Part shown: positions 17,769-26,839 of the stretch, one piece after another | Layout of the letters: each line of letters begins with the position of its first letter | How positions within the stretch are numbered: position 1 is the stretch's first letter | IMG/VR virus record: IMGVR_UViG_3300037420_000837 | Coordinates: 1-64,000 of that record | Direction: 5' to 3' (one strand) | Length of the DNA: 64,000 nt | DNA from: a virus | Made by a program: the position numbers and the translations under genes | Notes under the pieces: generated by a model | What the model was told of the DNA's origin: nothing | Seen by the model: only the letters and a program-made list of their open reading frames with translations | Database searches by the model: none

Positions 17769-18149
17769 ATGTCAACAACAGAACAACCAGTCGTGTCGGT
17801 TGGAACCACCGGGGGGCTTGTCTGCGGCTACAAAGGGTGCACGTTTGTAGGCAAAGGCAAGAATCCCGCGTTCAGCCTGCACATGCACAAGCGACGCAAG
17901 GGCCACGGGATGCCGAAGTTCACTCCCAAGAAAACCGAGGCCATTCGCGGGGTGAGGTCTAATGCCCGTCAGGCGCAAGCTGAAGACAGCAAAGCGAAGA
18001 CCGCAATCAGCTATGCGTTCGGGCGGTGCGAGGAACTCATCAACGAATCAGCGCGAAGGAGTGGCTTACCTTACTCACTTGTTGCCGAGGGAGTTTCGGA
18101 ACTCCTTTCGTCCGCTGCGAGTAGGGCGGAGCTGGGGCTTGAGGAATGA
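17769..18149 (+). CDS. zinc-finger-like protein
   Basis: CGYKGC...HMHKRRKGH Cys2His2-like pattern. Confidence 0.4.
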   Translation: MSTTEQPVVSVGTTGGLVCGYKGCTFVGKGKNPAFSLHMHKRRKGHGMPKFTPKKTEAIRGVRSNARQAQAEDSKAKTAISYAFGRCEELINESARRSGLPYSLVAEGVSELLSSAASRAELGLEE

Positions 18150-18287
18150 GTGTCCACGGTGCCACATCAGGCCACCACGGGAGATTCCGTATTGGAATCG
18201 CTGGCGGTGGATGACGGTGCATGTGACTAGCTGCCGAGGTGAAGGGGGCGTGAGACGTATCCTCCAGATGCCTCAAAGGGGTTAGCG

Positions 18288-18608
18288 ATGCGATTGCTGA
18301 CCAAGGAACTCGAAGCGAAGCTCCGACAGCATCCGTTGTATTCGCATGAGAAGGATAAGCCAGAGAATGTGAAAGTTCTCGTGAAGTTCTTCTTTCCTGC
18401 GGGGAACTGGACGTGGTATGTCACGGAAGGGGAACCACAGAATAACGGGGACTGGCTGTTCTTTGGCTTTGTGCGGGGCTTTGAGAATGAGCTGGGGTAC
18501 TTTACCTTGAGTGAGCTGGAAGAGGTGACAGTGGGCGGGCTAGCCATAGAACGCGACCTGTACTTTGGAGAGCACACGCTCCAAGAGGTGATGGACAGAC
18601 AGCTCTGA
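18288..18608 (+). CDS. DUF2958-like protein
   Basis: LTKELEAKL...FFFPAGNWTWYVTE...ELGYFTLSELEE matches DUF2958 signature from memory. Confidence 0.5.
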   Translation: MRLLTKELEAKLRQHPLYSHEKDKPENVKVLVKFFFPAGNWTWYVTEGEPQNNGDWLFFGFVRGFENELGYFTLSELEEVTVGGLAIERDLYFGEHTLQEVMDRQL

Positions 18609-18634
18609 CAATTCAACAAACGCCGGAAACGGTA

Positions 18635-18667
18635 GGGGCAGCTCCTTCGGGGGCTGCCCTTTTTTGT
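18635..18667 (+). terminator. rho-independent terminator
   Basis: GGGGCAGCTCC-TTCG-GGGGCTGCCC then TTTTTTGTT. Confidence 0.7.
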
Positions 18668-18670
18668 TGG

Positions 18671-18913
18671 GTGGAGGGCTCTATGCCGTGTTATGACCCG
18701 AGAGTGGATGAGGACAACCGAGAGAATCGTGTCAAGGTACAGAAGCTCACGAGGCTCCTGTGTGAGTCGATGAAACTCCATGAGAGCTGTGGGACTTCTA
18801 GGAGCAACTTCTCGCAAGAGTTGTGGGACTGGTGGAGAGACCATCAAAAGGTTGACGAGAAACGCAAGGAAAGGGAAAAGAAGGGCAAGAACAAGTTCCT
18901 TCGGGTGAAATGA
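18671..18913 (+). CDS. hypothetical protein
   Basis: 80 aa ORF. Confidence 0.35.
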   Translation: MEGSMPCYDPRVDEDNRENRVKVQKLTRLLCESMKLHESCGTSRSNFSQELWDWWRDHQKVDEKRKEREKKGKNKFLRVK

Positions 18914-19251
18914 TGTTTGAAGCAACACTAGCGGCGATTGCTGCGTTCCGTAGGGTGCGCAAGCAAAAAGAACTCATCAAGCACGCGGGGCATGGTGGGG
19001 TGATTATCGTGGTTAAGAACCTCAAAGGGGAGCTGGTCAACAAAGACCCGCAGGCGCTGGCTCCGGTGGTCAAGGGCTTGAATGTTGCCACTACCGTGAT
19101 TCTCCCCGGGGAGATGCCGGTGGGGTGGAGATGTATTTGTAAGCCTGACGGGAAGGTGATGAAGTTCCCGATGGGTGAGGTGGGGTATACGCAGGTGCGT
19201 AAGATTCCCCCGCAACAGGGCGTTGAGCCAAAGAAGGACATGGTGAACTAG
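18910..19251 (+). CDS. hypothetical protein
   Basis: 113 aa ORF. Confidence 0.4.
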   Translation: MMFEATLAAIAAFRRVRKQKELIKHAGHGGVIIVVKNLKGELVNKDPQALAPVVKGLNVATTVILPGEMPVGWRCICKPDGKVMKFPMGEVGYTQVRKIPPQQGVEPKKDMVN

Positions 19252-20190
19252 GTGGCACAACAACAGCAAGAGAACATCGAGAAGGTACACACGAACAACT
19301 GGCGCAAGCTCGGGGAGATGTATGTGCCCACAGGGGATGTGGTGAAGCATATTCCGGCGGGGGTGTATACCAGTATGCTGCCTTACGGAGTGGGCCCATG
19401 CTTGGTGCCCCAGAAGCCGGTCAAGGATGTGCATCGCAGTATGCCGTCAGGGGTCACGAACAGGATTATTGAAGGCGTGGAGACGTGGCTGAAGCTGCGC
19501 GAGAAGTACACCACGCTGGGGATTCTCTACAAGAGGGGTGTGTTGGTGCATGGCGAGCCGGGGACAGGCAAGACGGTGACCTGCTATCAGATTGCCGATG
19601 CGTGTGTACAGAAGCACGATGCGGTGGTGTTCTCGGGACAGGACATGCACGCACGGTTCACGTTGATGAAGTTGCTCCGCAAGCAGTACCCCACGCGGTT
19701 GTTTGTCAACATCATGGAGGACCTTGAGGTGTTGCGCTATGCCACCTCGGATGACACGTTGTTGAGTGTGCTCGATGGCGCAGACCAAGTGGACGGGGTG
19801 ATTCATCTGGCCACGACCAATTACTTGAGTAAGCTGCCGCCAAGGTACATGAGCCGCCCGAGTCGGTTTGATGAGGTGCACGAGGTTGGAAAGCCGAGTG
19901 CGGATGCTCGTAGGGAGTATCTCAAGAGCTTCGGAGAACTGAGCGATGAGATGTTGGAGACGCTTACGACGGTCTCGGATGGCTTCACGCTCGCGTTCTT
20001 GAAGGAGCTGTTTATCAGTGTGGCTGTGATGAGACGCGGGGTCGATGAGACCGTGCAGAACCTCAAGGTCATGATTGAGAAAGGCAAGAAACAAGCGACT
20101 GACCAAGACTTCAAGAACAAGGCGAGCAAGCTCATGCAAGCCATGGAGAATGCGGTCTATGAGGTAGAGGAGAGCGTCGATGAAGCTTAG
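19252..20190 (+). CDS. AAA+ ATPase
   Basis: Walker A GEPGTGKT, Walker B hydrophobic-DE (VIHLATTN region), sensor region. Confidence 0.7.
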   Translation: MAQQQQENIEKVHTNNWRKLGEMYVPTGDVVKHIPAGVYTSMLPYGVGPCLVPQKPVKDVHRSMPSGVTNRIIEGVETWLKLREKYTTLGILYKRGVLVHGEPGTGKTVTCYQIADACVQKHDAVVFSGQDMHARFTLMKLLRKQYPTRLFVNIMEDLEVLRYATSDDTLLSVLDGADQVDGVIHLATTNYLSKLPPRYMSRPSRFDEVHEVGKPSADARREYLKSFGELSDEMLETLTTVSDGFTLAFLKELFISVAVMRRGVDETVQNLKVMIEKGKKQATDQDFKNKASKLMQAMENAVYEVEESVDEA

Positions 20191-20413
20191 TACGTGGATT
20201 TGGTTTGGCACAAAGATGTTGCTGCTTGTGCTGCTGGCGATGGTCATGCTGAACTATGCGTTCGGACTGATGAATCAGCCAGATACGGTTTTGTTCGCGT
20301 TGGGGCTGGGGTTGTTCATGGCAACCCCGCTCCTCGTGAGCAAGTTGGTTGAGTGGACTCTCAAGAGTCCTATCAAGAAAGAGGAAAGACATGAGAAAAC
20401 AGAAGCTGTTTAA
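20180..20413 (+). CDS. small membrane protein
   Basis: 77 aa, two TM helices; between AAA+ and SPFH genes. Confidence 0.35.
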   Translation: MKLSTWIWFGTKMLLLVLLAMVMLNYAFGLMNQPDTVLFALGLGLFMATPLLVSKLVEWTLKSPIKKEERHEKTEAV

Positions 20414-21320
20414 CTTTCTGGTGATGGTTGTTCTGCTGGTGGTGAGCGTGATGCTTACTGGCTGCGGAGCGACTCGTATCGGCCCCGGGCATGTGGGGTT
20501 GGAGGTCAAGCTGGCAGGCACGCAGCGCGGCGTGCAGGACATCCCGGTGCGTACCGGATGGGTGTTCTACAACCCGTTTGCCACGAGCATCTTGGAGTAT
20601 CCAACCTTCGTGCAGACCGCCAAGTGGACGGGCAGCAAGGAGAGCTCAGACGCGAATGAGGAGATGACCTTCAAGAGCAAGGAAGGCGTCATCATCAAGG
20701 CGGATGTGAGCTTGAGCTACTACATCCAACAGGACAAGGTGCCGCACTTCTACGTGAAGTATCGCTCCGATGACCTGAATCATTTCACGCATGGGATTCT
20801 GAGAAATATCGCCCGAGATGCGTTTAATGAGGTGGCTGCGAACTACGGCGTGGATGACATCAACGGCCCGAAGTTGAGCGACTTCTTACATGAGGTCAAG
20901 ACCAAGATAAACGAGCAAGTCACCAACGAAGGTGTGGTGATTGACCAGTTCGGGTTCTTGGAGACCCCACGGTTGCCTCAGAGTTATCAAGAGGCGATGC
21001 TGAACAAGCAGACCGCGATTCAGACGGCCCAGCAGAAAGAGAACGAGCTGCGGGCCACGCAAGCGGAGGCGGCCAAGCAGATAGCTGCTGCCGAAGGCGA
21101 GGCGAAAGCACGTGTTGCACGTGCGGAGGGTGAGGCGAAGGCGAATACCGTCTTGGCCAATAGCGTTACCGACAGGCTGTTGACCCTGAGGAAGTTGGAC
21201 ATTCAACAGCAAGCTGTTGACCGCTGGAACGGCTCAGTGCCCACGATACAGGGTGGGACAGGTAGTGGTTCCGGAGGGTTGAACATTGTCGTCCCGATGA
21301 ACCTGCAGAAGCAGGACTAA
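20391..21320 (+). CDS. SPFH/band-7 (stomatin/prohibitin/HflKC-like) membrane protein
   Basis: N-terminal TM helix, SPFH core and C-terminal AEAEA coiled-coil repeat (EGEAKARVARAEGEAKA); GAGGAA SD before ATG 20391. Confidence 0.65.
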   Translation: MRKQKLFNFLVMVVLLVVSVMLTGCGATRIGPGHVGLEVKLAGTQRGVQDIPVRTGWVFYNPFATSILEYPTFVQTAKWTGSKESSDANEEMTFKSKEGVIIKADVSLSYYIQQDKVPHFYVKYRSDDLNHFTHGILRNIARDAFNEVAANYGVDDINGPKLSDFLHEVKTKINEQVTNEGVVIDQFGFLETPRLPQSYQEAMLNKQTAIQTAQQKENELRATQAEAAKQIAAAEGEAKARVARAEGEAKANTVLANSVTDRLLTLRKLDIQQQAVDRWNGSVPTIQGGTGSGSGGLNIVVPMNLQKQD

Positions 21321-21387
21321 GCCTTGCAGGAAGGCCCCTGAGGGTGAACGACCTTGGGGGCTCTCTGGAGGGTTTAAGGAGCCGCGC

Positions 21388-22239
21388 ATGACCGCTAACA
21401 GAGAAGCTATTGCCAAGAAGCACGCCGAAGTATTTCCAGAATGGATGCGGCCAACGATTCAACGCGCCATCCTCGCCGCTCTCTCGGACGTAGACAAGCA
21501 GGAGCAGCCGAGCCGATTGCGTCACTTCATCACGCAGCTTACAAATCTGACCGCAAAGATTGCTCGCCGCGAATATCTGCCGAACCTAGAAAAGTGCCGA
21601 ACGATTCGAGATGCGCGTCGAGTCGTAATCCAGATGGAAGACAAGCAGATGGCACTCGTCCGCGATTTCAAGACGATCATCGACTGTATGCGCGAAGTCG
21701 AGGCCGCCCACCCCATCAGCTCCGTCGTGGAGGCCGCGCCCGCCGATGAGGTTTGTGATCGCTGTTTTGAAGTGAGCGACAAAGCTCTGGAGCTAGTCGG
21801 CATAGCCGAGAACGCCGATTTTGAGGAAGGCTGTGGAGCGGTGTTCGAGTTGCGCCAGCTTCTGCCGAATCTGGACAAGTACATCCGTTGGGAAGTGTCG
21901 GATGAGGTGGCGAAGTATTGCCCTGCTTGCTCTGGACAGCACGCTGCGCTGATTCATGTGGAATGCCATCGCTGTGAGAAGCATTGTCCGTGCAAGCCGA
22001 AGGCCGCCGCCCCGCAATCGGCGCAGCCGACGCAGCAGCTCTTTGAAGAGTGGTTCCGAAAGAACTGCCCGAACGTCGAACCCCTGATGTTCGTCGCACA
22101 ACCAAGCGGCAAGAAGCTCTACGTCTGGGATTTTGTAGAGCGATGGTTGGCCGCCGAGCGGAGCACGAGTTGCAAGAACTGTCATACCACCATTAAAAGC
22201 TACCCTTGTGTAGAGTGTGGGTTTGACGGAGGTTTATGA
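21388..22239 (+). CDS. hypothetical protein with Cys-rich C-terminus
   Basis: 283 aa; multiple CxxC in last 100 aa. Confidence 0.45.
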   Translation: MTANREAIAKKHAEVFPEWMRPTIQRAILAALSDVDKQEQPSRLRHFITQLTNLTAKIARREYLPNLEKCRTIRDARRVVIQMEDKQMALVRDFKTIIDCMREVEAAHPISSVVEAAPADEVCDRCFEVSDKALELVGIAENADFEEGCGAVFELRQLLPNLDKYIRWEVSDEVAKYCPACSGQHAALIHVECHRCEKHCPCKPKAAAPQSAQPTQQLFEEWFRKNCPNVEPLMFVAQPSGKKLYVWDFVERWLAAERSTSCKNCHTTIKSYPCVECGFDGGL

Positions 22240-22414
22240 TGAGCACCCCACTGAAGCCCTGTGATTGTGGACACACTTATGACGAACATGCCCATCATTG
22301 GAACCGATTTGCTTGCACCGTCCAAGGCTGTCCATGCACCCACTTCCACAATGCTCAAGCGCAGGTTTGTTGCAAGACTCAACGAGCAGGGAGCACCCCA
22401 AGGGTATAAGTACT
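22238..22414 (+). CDS. small Cys/His-rich zinc-finger protein (58 aa)
   Basis: CDCGHTYDEHAHHW...CPCTHFH; ATG overlaps upstream stop; alternative to overlapping 22261 ORF. Confidence 0.35.
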
Positions 22415-22644
22415 ACCCCGGAGGGCAGTGGAGTACGGTGGACTTAGCCACCGGACAGAAGTTCCCATTCTGTGAGTCTCAAGACGAGGAGTTTTACGGG
22501 TTGCCTTGCGAAGCCGGGGCCATCTATTGGGAGGACGGCACGCAGACGTTCTCTTGGAATTGTATTCACTGCGGTACGAGGATTCTAACGGAGGAGCAAT
22601 ATGAACGTCTCAACGCCCGAGGCCACCTCGGACAAGAAGAATGA
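22261..22644 (+). CDS. hypothetical protein (C-terminal CxxC)
   Basis: ORF-track call; N-terminal part conflicts with 22238-22414. Confidence 0.3.
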   Translation: MIVDTLMTNMPIIGTDLLAPSKAVHAPTSTMLKRRFVARLNEQGAPQGYKYYPGGQWSTVDLATGQKFPFCESQDEEFYGLPCEAGAIYWEDGTQTFSWNCIHCGTRILTEEQYERLNARGHLGQEE

Positions 22645-23011
22645 ACAGCGGGTGTTTTACATTCGCAACCAACACCGACAGCCACTGGCTTGTGTGGCTC
22701 CGAAGAGGTCTGAGGATGGCAAGAGCGTGAAGTTCGCGCTGTCTATCTGTAATCCCAAGGACACGTTCCTGCGACCCACGGCACGGGTCAAGGCGATTGC
22801 ACGGTTGCAAGCCAAGAACCCGCAGGACCTGAGGTTTGTGCAGGAGGTGGAGCTGGCGGAAAACGAGCCTCCCAAGCTTCAGATTCTGTCGGCCATCACG
22901 CACATGGACAGCGTGCCTCAGAGAGTGCGCAGGGCGGCATTCTATGAGTATGACAGCCTGCAGTTGGACATACAGTTGAAGGCGTTGTCGGCACAAGAAG
23001 AAGAACAGTAG
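22601..23011 (+). CDS. hypothetical protein
   Basis: 136 aa ORF. Confidence 0.45.
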   Translation: MNVSTPEATSDKKNEQRVFYIRNQHRQPLACVAPKRSEDGKSVKFALSICNPKDTFLRPTARVKAIARLQAKNPQDLRFVQEVELAENEPPKLQILSAITHMDSVPQRVRRAAFYEYDSLQLDIQLKALSAQEEEQ

Positions 23012-23033
23012 TTCTGTAGTACTTGAAGCCTCT

Positions 23034-23151
23034 GCGAGTGGTGTAGTAGACGGATACTTCTTTGGATAAGAAACCAGCGACGGCCTCCGAAAGGTGGCTG
23101 GCAAGGTAGGGGGTTCAAATCCCCCGCTTCCGTTTGCGCATGTTCCCTCGC
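23034..23151 (+). ncRNA. structured RNA element, family copy B with tRNA T-arm-like module (candidate Y-RNA/YrlA-like)
   Basis: closing GCGAG/CTCGC; conserved 5' TGGTGTAGTAGACGGATACTTC and 3' CGTTTGCGCATGTTCC; perfect T-arm GGGGG-TTCAAAT-CCCCC at 23109-23125. Confidence 0.5.
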
Positions 23152-23163
23152 ATTTGTTTTTTC

Positions 23164-23188
23164 CTAAGGGGGCTTTTGCTGTCTGATG
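23164..23188 (-). repeat. 25-nt motif copy (reverse orientation) abutting 3' end of RNA element B
   Basis: CTAAGGGGGCTTTTGCTGTCTGATG. Confidence 0.85.
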
Positions 23189-23204
23189 AGGGCAGCTTGG
23201 AGGG

Positions 23205-24545
23205 GTGATGAAAGTCGTCTCGTACAAAGGCGATATGTCGACGATGGCTCAGGTAGAGCCGGGGATGTCGATTGAGTTGTACCCGAGCAAGGAGCTTGCG
23301 CGGGTGGTGCATGTGGATGCGAGCCGGATGTTTCCGCGAGGGAAGCTGGTGAGCATGGATGTCTGGCAAGGCCAGAAGCTGAACTCGTGGCAGTGGAATG
23401 TCAGGGATTTTCCACCTGAGGCCCCGGTCAAGGTGCTCAACGGGAAGATGGTGGAACTTCTCCTTGAGCGAGTCGGTAAGCAGATGGCTGACCAGAACAG
23501 GGTGACCACAATTATCAATCATCTGGGCATGGGCGTGAGTTTGGGCACGGACCCAGAGGTCTTTGTACGCAAGGGAGATGGGAGTTTATTGCCTGCGTTT
23601 GAGTTTCTGGGGCCGAAGCAGGGGAGTAGTGGGTACGAGTCGCCCTTCTGGGATGGCTTTCAGGCGGAGTTTACTACCTACTCCGGAGGGTGTATCGACG
23701 GGCAGACCACCTCGTGCAGGGCAGGATTGATGGAGGTTCTGCGCAGGGCGCGGAATGTGGACCCCAAGGCCAAGCTGGTGCTGGAGCCGGTGATTGAGGT
23801 TCCTACCGAGACCCTGAAGAAGTACGACAAGAAGTTCACACAGTTTGGATGCAGTCCGAGCATGAATGTGCATGGACTGAGCACGGTGCTGCCGGATGAC
23901 CACACGGAGGTCACCATTCGGCCAGCAGGGTTTCATTTGCACTTCGGTAACCCGATGCTGCAGATTCCCTACCACGCACGCAATGTGGTGAGGGCCTTGG
24001 ATGTGCTTGTGGGGCTGCCGTTCGTGGCCTTGATGGAAGGAATTGATGACCCAAGACGGAGGGCGTTGTATGGACTTCCCGGAGAGTTCCGGATGCCAGC
24101 TCATGGACTTGAGTACCGAACCCTTAGCTCCGCAGGGCTGTGTCATCCTGCCATCTATCAACTTGCTTTTGAGCTGGGAAGAATCGCTTGCCGAGTGGGA
24201 ACGCGGGGAGTGCTTCCCGTGTTGTTCAAGTATGACCCCAAGGAAGTAGCGGAGATAATCACCCGCACGGATGCAGGAACAGCACGCAAGTTCATGGCCC
24301 AGCACAAAGAGGCCTACGAGAAATGCGTGACCTATCGGTTTCAGGGGATGTATCACGGGAGCCTTGAGAGCAACAAATTTTCGTTCTGGCGAGGCATTGA
24401 AGGGGGCGTGGGGGCCTTGGTGAAAGACCCTCATAACCTTGAAAGCAACTGGGACTTGGATAGGTCCCGCCACGACGCTATGAGGTGTTCGAGATGGTCG
24501 CAGTTGGCAGAAAGAGTGGCAAACAGCAAGCAGCCGGTCTCGTAG
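23205..24545 (+). CDS. amidoligase-like protein, paralog 1 (GS-like carboxylate-amine ligase family, putative)
   Basis: shares GTDPEVFV and HLHFG motifs with paralogs at 28920 and 34791 (GADPEFVL/GGHVHLG; GCDPEVVC/GGHVWLD). Confidence 0.45.
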   Translation: MMKVVSYKGDMSTMAQVEPGMSIELYPSKELARVVHVDASRMFPRGKLVSMDVWQGQKLNSWQWNVRDFPPEAPVKVLNGKMVELLLERVGKQMADQNRVTTIINHLGMGVSLGTDPEVFVRKGDGSLLPAFEFLGPKQGSSGYESPFWDGFQAEFTTYSGGCIDGQTTSCRAGLMEVLRRARNVDPKAKLVLEPVIEVPTETLKKYDKKFTQFGCSPSMNVHGLSTVLPDDHTEVTIRPAGFHLHFGNPMLQIPYHARNVVRALDVLVGLPFVALMEGIDDPRRRALYGLPGEFRMPAHGLEYRTLSSAGLCHPAIYQLAFELGRIACRVGTRGVLPVLFKYDPKEVAEIITRTDAGTARKFMAQHKEAYEKCVTYRFQGMYHGSLESNKFSFWRGIEGGVGALVKDPHNLESNWDLDRSRHDAMRCSRWSQLAERVANSKQPVS

Positions 24546-24844
24546 CTGGGACCCCAGAGGTTGTCAGGTGTCCGGCCTGTGCAGGACGGGGATTCCCGAC
24601 TCTCGTGCAGGCCAAGGTCATCGACCCGCCGTGTCAGGTGTGTCGAGGGCAAGGCGTGATTCCGCTGGAGATTTGTGCCTGCGGAAGGTGCGCGGCGATA
24701 GTTCATCCCAGCCTTGGGGTGAGCTATTGCGGGCAAGACAAGTGTGCCGAGCAGCGGATTGGAGAACCTGTCCAAGGTAATTCCGCTGACGACATAATGT
24801 ATCAATGGGCGGGAGCCCTGATGGGGGATTTCTCCATCAACTAG
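24485..24844 (+). CDS. DnaJ-type zinc-finger (CxxCxGxG repeats) protein
   Basis: CPACAGRG, CQVCRGQG, CACGRC motifs. Confidence 0.45.
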   Translation: MFEMVAVGRKSGKQQAAGLVAGTPEVVRCPACAGRGFPTLVQAKVIDPPCQVCRGQGVIPLEICACGRCAAIVHPSLGVSYCGQDKCAEQRIGEPVQGNSADDIMYQWAGALMGDFSIN

Positions 24845-24952
24845 CAAGTTTGTAAGGTTTCTCCCTGAGGAGTAACGGAACGGACGCACCCTGCGCAAGC
24901 CAATCGCAGGACTTCGAGGCTCTTAGGGCCTGAGGGTTGGAGTTTCGGCCTT

Positions 24953-25086
24953 CGGAAGACCTCCGGTGGTGTCTGTCAAAGGGACGTTGAGAACGTACAA
25001 AGCTTAGCCCCACTGTGGGCGGGGCATTGGGCTAGGTCTCGGACCTGAGGATACACATCTGTTCGCAGATTGATTGCCTTTCCGAG
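24953..25086 (+). ncRNA. structured RNA element, degenerate family copy E
   Basis: 5' CCGGTGGTGTCTGTC and 3' CGCAGATTGATTGCCTTTCC resemble family consensus; closing CGGAAG/CTTTCCG. Confidence 0.3.
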
Positions 25087-25233
25087 TCTAACTTAGTCTG
25101 AGGGCCCCCCGGATAAACAAGGCTGCTAAGGTGTCCGGTGGAGACGGACTGGAGGCAGGGCGGGATTTGGATACCGTTCTGCGATGCTCCGAAGGGGAGA
25201 AAGTTGTACAGGAAAGGGGCTTCGAGGTCTGGT

Positions 25234-25303
25234 GGGGCTGTAGCTCAGCGTTAGAGCACTCGATAATAATCGAGAGGTCGCCGGTTCAATTCCGGTCAGC
25301 CCA
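25234..25303 (+). tRNA. tRNA-like gene with canonical D- and T-arms but 6-nt anticodon loop (TAATAA) and G1-A72 mismatch; possibly pseudo-tRNA or tRNA-mimic
   Basis: GGGGCTG-TA-GCTCAGCGTTAGAGC-A-CTCGA-TAATAA-TCGAG-AGGTC-GCCGGTTCAATTCCGGT-CAGCCC-A; no encoded CCA. Confidence 0.5.
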
Positions 25304-25308
25304 TTGAG

Positions 25309-25333
25309 CATCAGACGGTAGAAGCCCCCTTAC
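25309..25333 (+). repeat. 25-nt motif copy immediately after tRNA-like gene
   Basis: CATCAGACGGTAGAAGCCCCCTTAC. Confidence 0.85.
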
Positions 25334-25354
25334 TGAATCATTCGGAGGGGATTC

Positions 25355-25633
25355 ATGAAACAGTTTAGACACGAAGGCTGCAGATGCAAGCGTTACAAGC
25401 ACTGCGCAGGGTGTGGTGACCACTTCACGTTGAGCACCGCACAAGACGAGAACAAATTCTGCTCGATTCGCTGCGAAGGGAAAGCGAAGACCAATGGTGA
25501 CAAGAGGGGACATCGTCCTGTTAAAAGATTCTCATCCGCTGGTGCAAAGAAATCCGCAACTGGCCAAGCTTACGTGGGTCGCAGTGGGGGACCAAGACGA
25601 GACCGAGGAAGTTTACCTGCACAGGTACGATGA
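25355..25633 (+). CDS. small Cys-rich protein
   Basis: CRCKRYKHCAGCGDHF; GGAGG SD. Confidence 0.35.
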   Translation: MKQFRHEGCRCKRYKHCAGCGDHFTLSTAQDENKFCSIRCEGKAKTNGDKRGHRPVKRFSSAGAKKSATGQAYVGRSGGPRRDRGSLPAQVR

Positions 25634-25677
25634 GGAGTCGGGCAAACTCAAGGAGCTGATGTTCTCAGATATCAAAC

Positions 25678-26022
25678 ATGTCGTTCAAACAGGTCGTAGT
25701 TATCAATTCGGGGGTGGGGATGCGCAAGGGCAAGGTCGCGGTCCAGTCGTGCCACGCCGTAGTGGGGGCAATCCTGAACACTCCGGAGGATACTCTAAAC
25801 CGGTGGTTAGGCGAAGGAATGCCCAAGGTGACCCTCAAGGTACAGTCAGCGAAGGAGCTGATTGACCTATTTGAACAGTGTCGCGGTGCGATGCTTAATG
25901 CGTATCTGGTGAAGGACGCGGGCAAGACGCAAGTCAAGCCCGGGACGGTCACGGCGCTGGCTATCGGCCCAGCCAAGGTTGAGGACATCGACAAGATTAC
26001 GGGAAAGCTGAAGCTGTTATGA
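25678..26022 (+). CDS. peptidyl-tRNA hydrolase, PTH2 family
   Basis: MSFKQVVVINS..GKVAVQSCHA...DAGKTQV..GTVTALAIGP...ITGKLKLL matches PTH2 core pattern. Confidence 0.65.
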   Translation: MSFKQVVVINSGVGMRKGKVAVQSCHAVVGAILNTPEDTLNRWLGEGMPKVTLKVQSAKELIDLFEQCRGAMLNAYLVKDAGKTQVKPGTVTALAIGPAKVEDIDKITGKLKLL

Positions 26023-26666
26023 CGAAGAAAGAGTTGGATGGGCTGAAAGAGCTGTTGGAGGCGGAGTGGATTCATTATGACGCCACTTACAACATGCTCT
26101 GGTGGGGTGCAGAGCCGACGAAGCGCACGAAGGAAGAAATCCGGGAGCTGAAGGGTGAGGGGTATGCGAATTACTTCAACGTCCCCGGACAGGGGTACTT
26201 GTACGAGAATGATGTTCGGGTTCAGTACAAGATAACCGCGAGGCAGCATTCAGCACGGCTTGCTCCCAGTGGCGGACTTTCGCAACTCCCGGGATGTTGT
26301 GGGGTGGGAGTAGTGAATACCGTTGAGAGCGTGTTGTCGGGTATCCCCAAGAAAGTCAAGGGCCCTTTCTTGAGGTATTTTATCGAACGAAGCGCTTATG
26401 ACTTGAACATCGTAGCGGTCACTTCTCGCCAGAAGGAAGAGAAAGCTGTTATCGAGGCTTCAGGGTGCTTTGAGTTGATTGCCGTAGGGAAATCGCGGAT
26501 GGGTAGCTATCCCATCTATCTCTACAAGTACAACCAGAAAGAACACAAAGGCTTTGAAAAGCTTCAGGAGAAAGTGAACAACTCTTCTCCGAAGGAGGCT
26601 CCTAAAAGTGAGCCAGTTAGGAAGGTGGCTCCGAAGCCGCTTCTCCGGAGGAGACAAGTAGGATGA
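26019..26666 (+). CDS. hypothetical protein
   Basis: 215 aa ORF, start overlaps PTH2 stop. Confidence 0.45.
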   Translation: MTKKELDGLKELLEAEWIHYDATYNMLWWGAEPTKRTKEEIRELKGEGYANYFNVPGQGYLYENDVRVQYKITARQHSARLAPSGGLSQLPGCCGVGVVNTVESVLSGIPKKVKGPFLRYFIERSAYDLNIVAVTSRQKEEKAVIEASGCFELIAVGKSRMGSYPIYLYKYNQKEHKGFEKLQEKVNNSSPKEAPKSEPVRKVAPKPLLRRRQVG

Positions 26667-26839
26667 TTTGGGTGTTTCGTGGAGTTGGGATGTTTATGCT
26701 GGTGGCGAGTCTGTGGGTACTGACTCTGCCCCCGCATTTCATCACGAACGGGCATTTCAATTTTATTGGGATGCTGTGTGACCTGCTCGCATTGGGAGCG
26801 GTCTATCTCTGGACACGTGTGTTGTTGAACACGTGGTAA
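26663..26839 (+). CDS. small membrane protein (59 aa)
   Basis: hydrophobic; below ORF-track cutoff. Confidence 0.3.
   Translation: MIWVFRGVGMFMLVASLWVLTLPPHFITNGHFNFIGMLCDLLALGAVYLWTRVLLNTW

Noticed and set aside
24850-25303. tmRNA or other large known ncRNA upstream of the tRNA-like gene
   Set aside because: The tRNA-like part has a canonical D-arm and internal anticodon arm (tmRNA lacks both), and the acceptor is formed locally, not by distant 5'/3' ends. More parsimoniously a degenerate family element plus a tRNA-like gene.
25494-25865. 123-aa ORF overlapping the PTH2 gene
   Set aside because: Its C-terminal half is Gly/Arg-rich out-of-frame-like sequence overlapping the well-supported PTH2 frame (start 25678); only the first roughly 60 codons look protein-like, so it was not listed as a gene.
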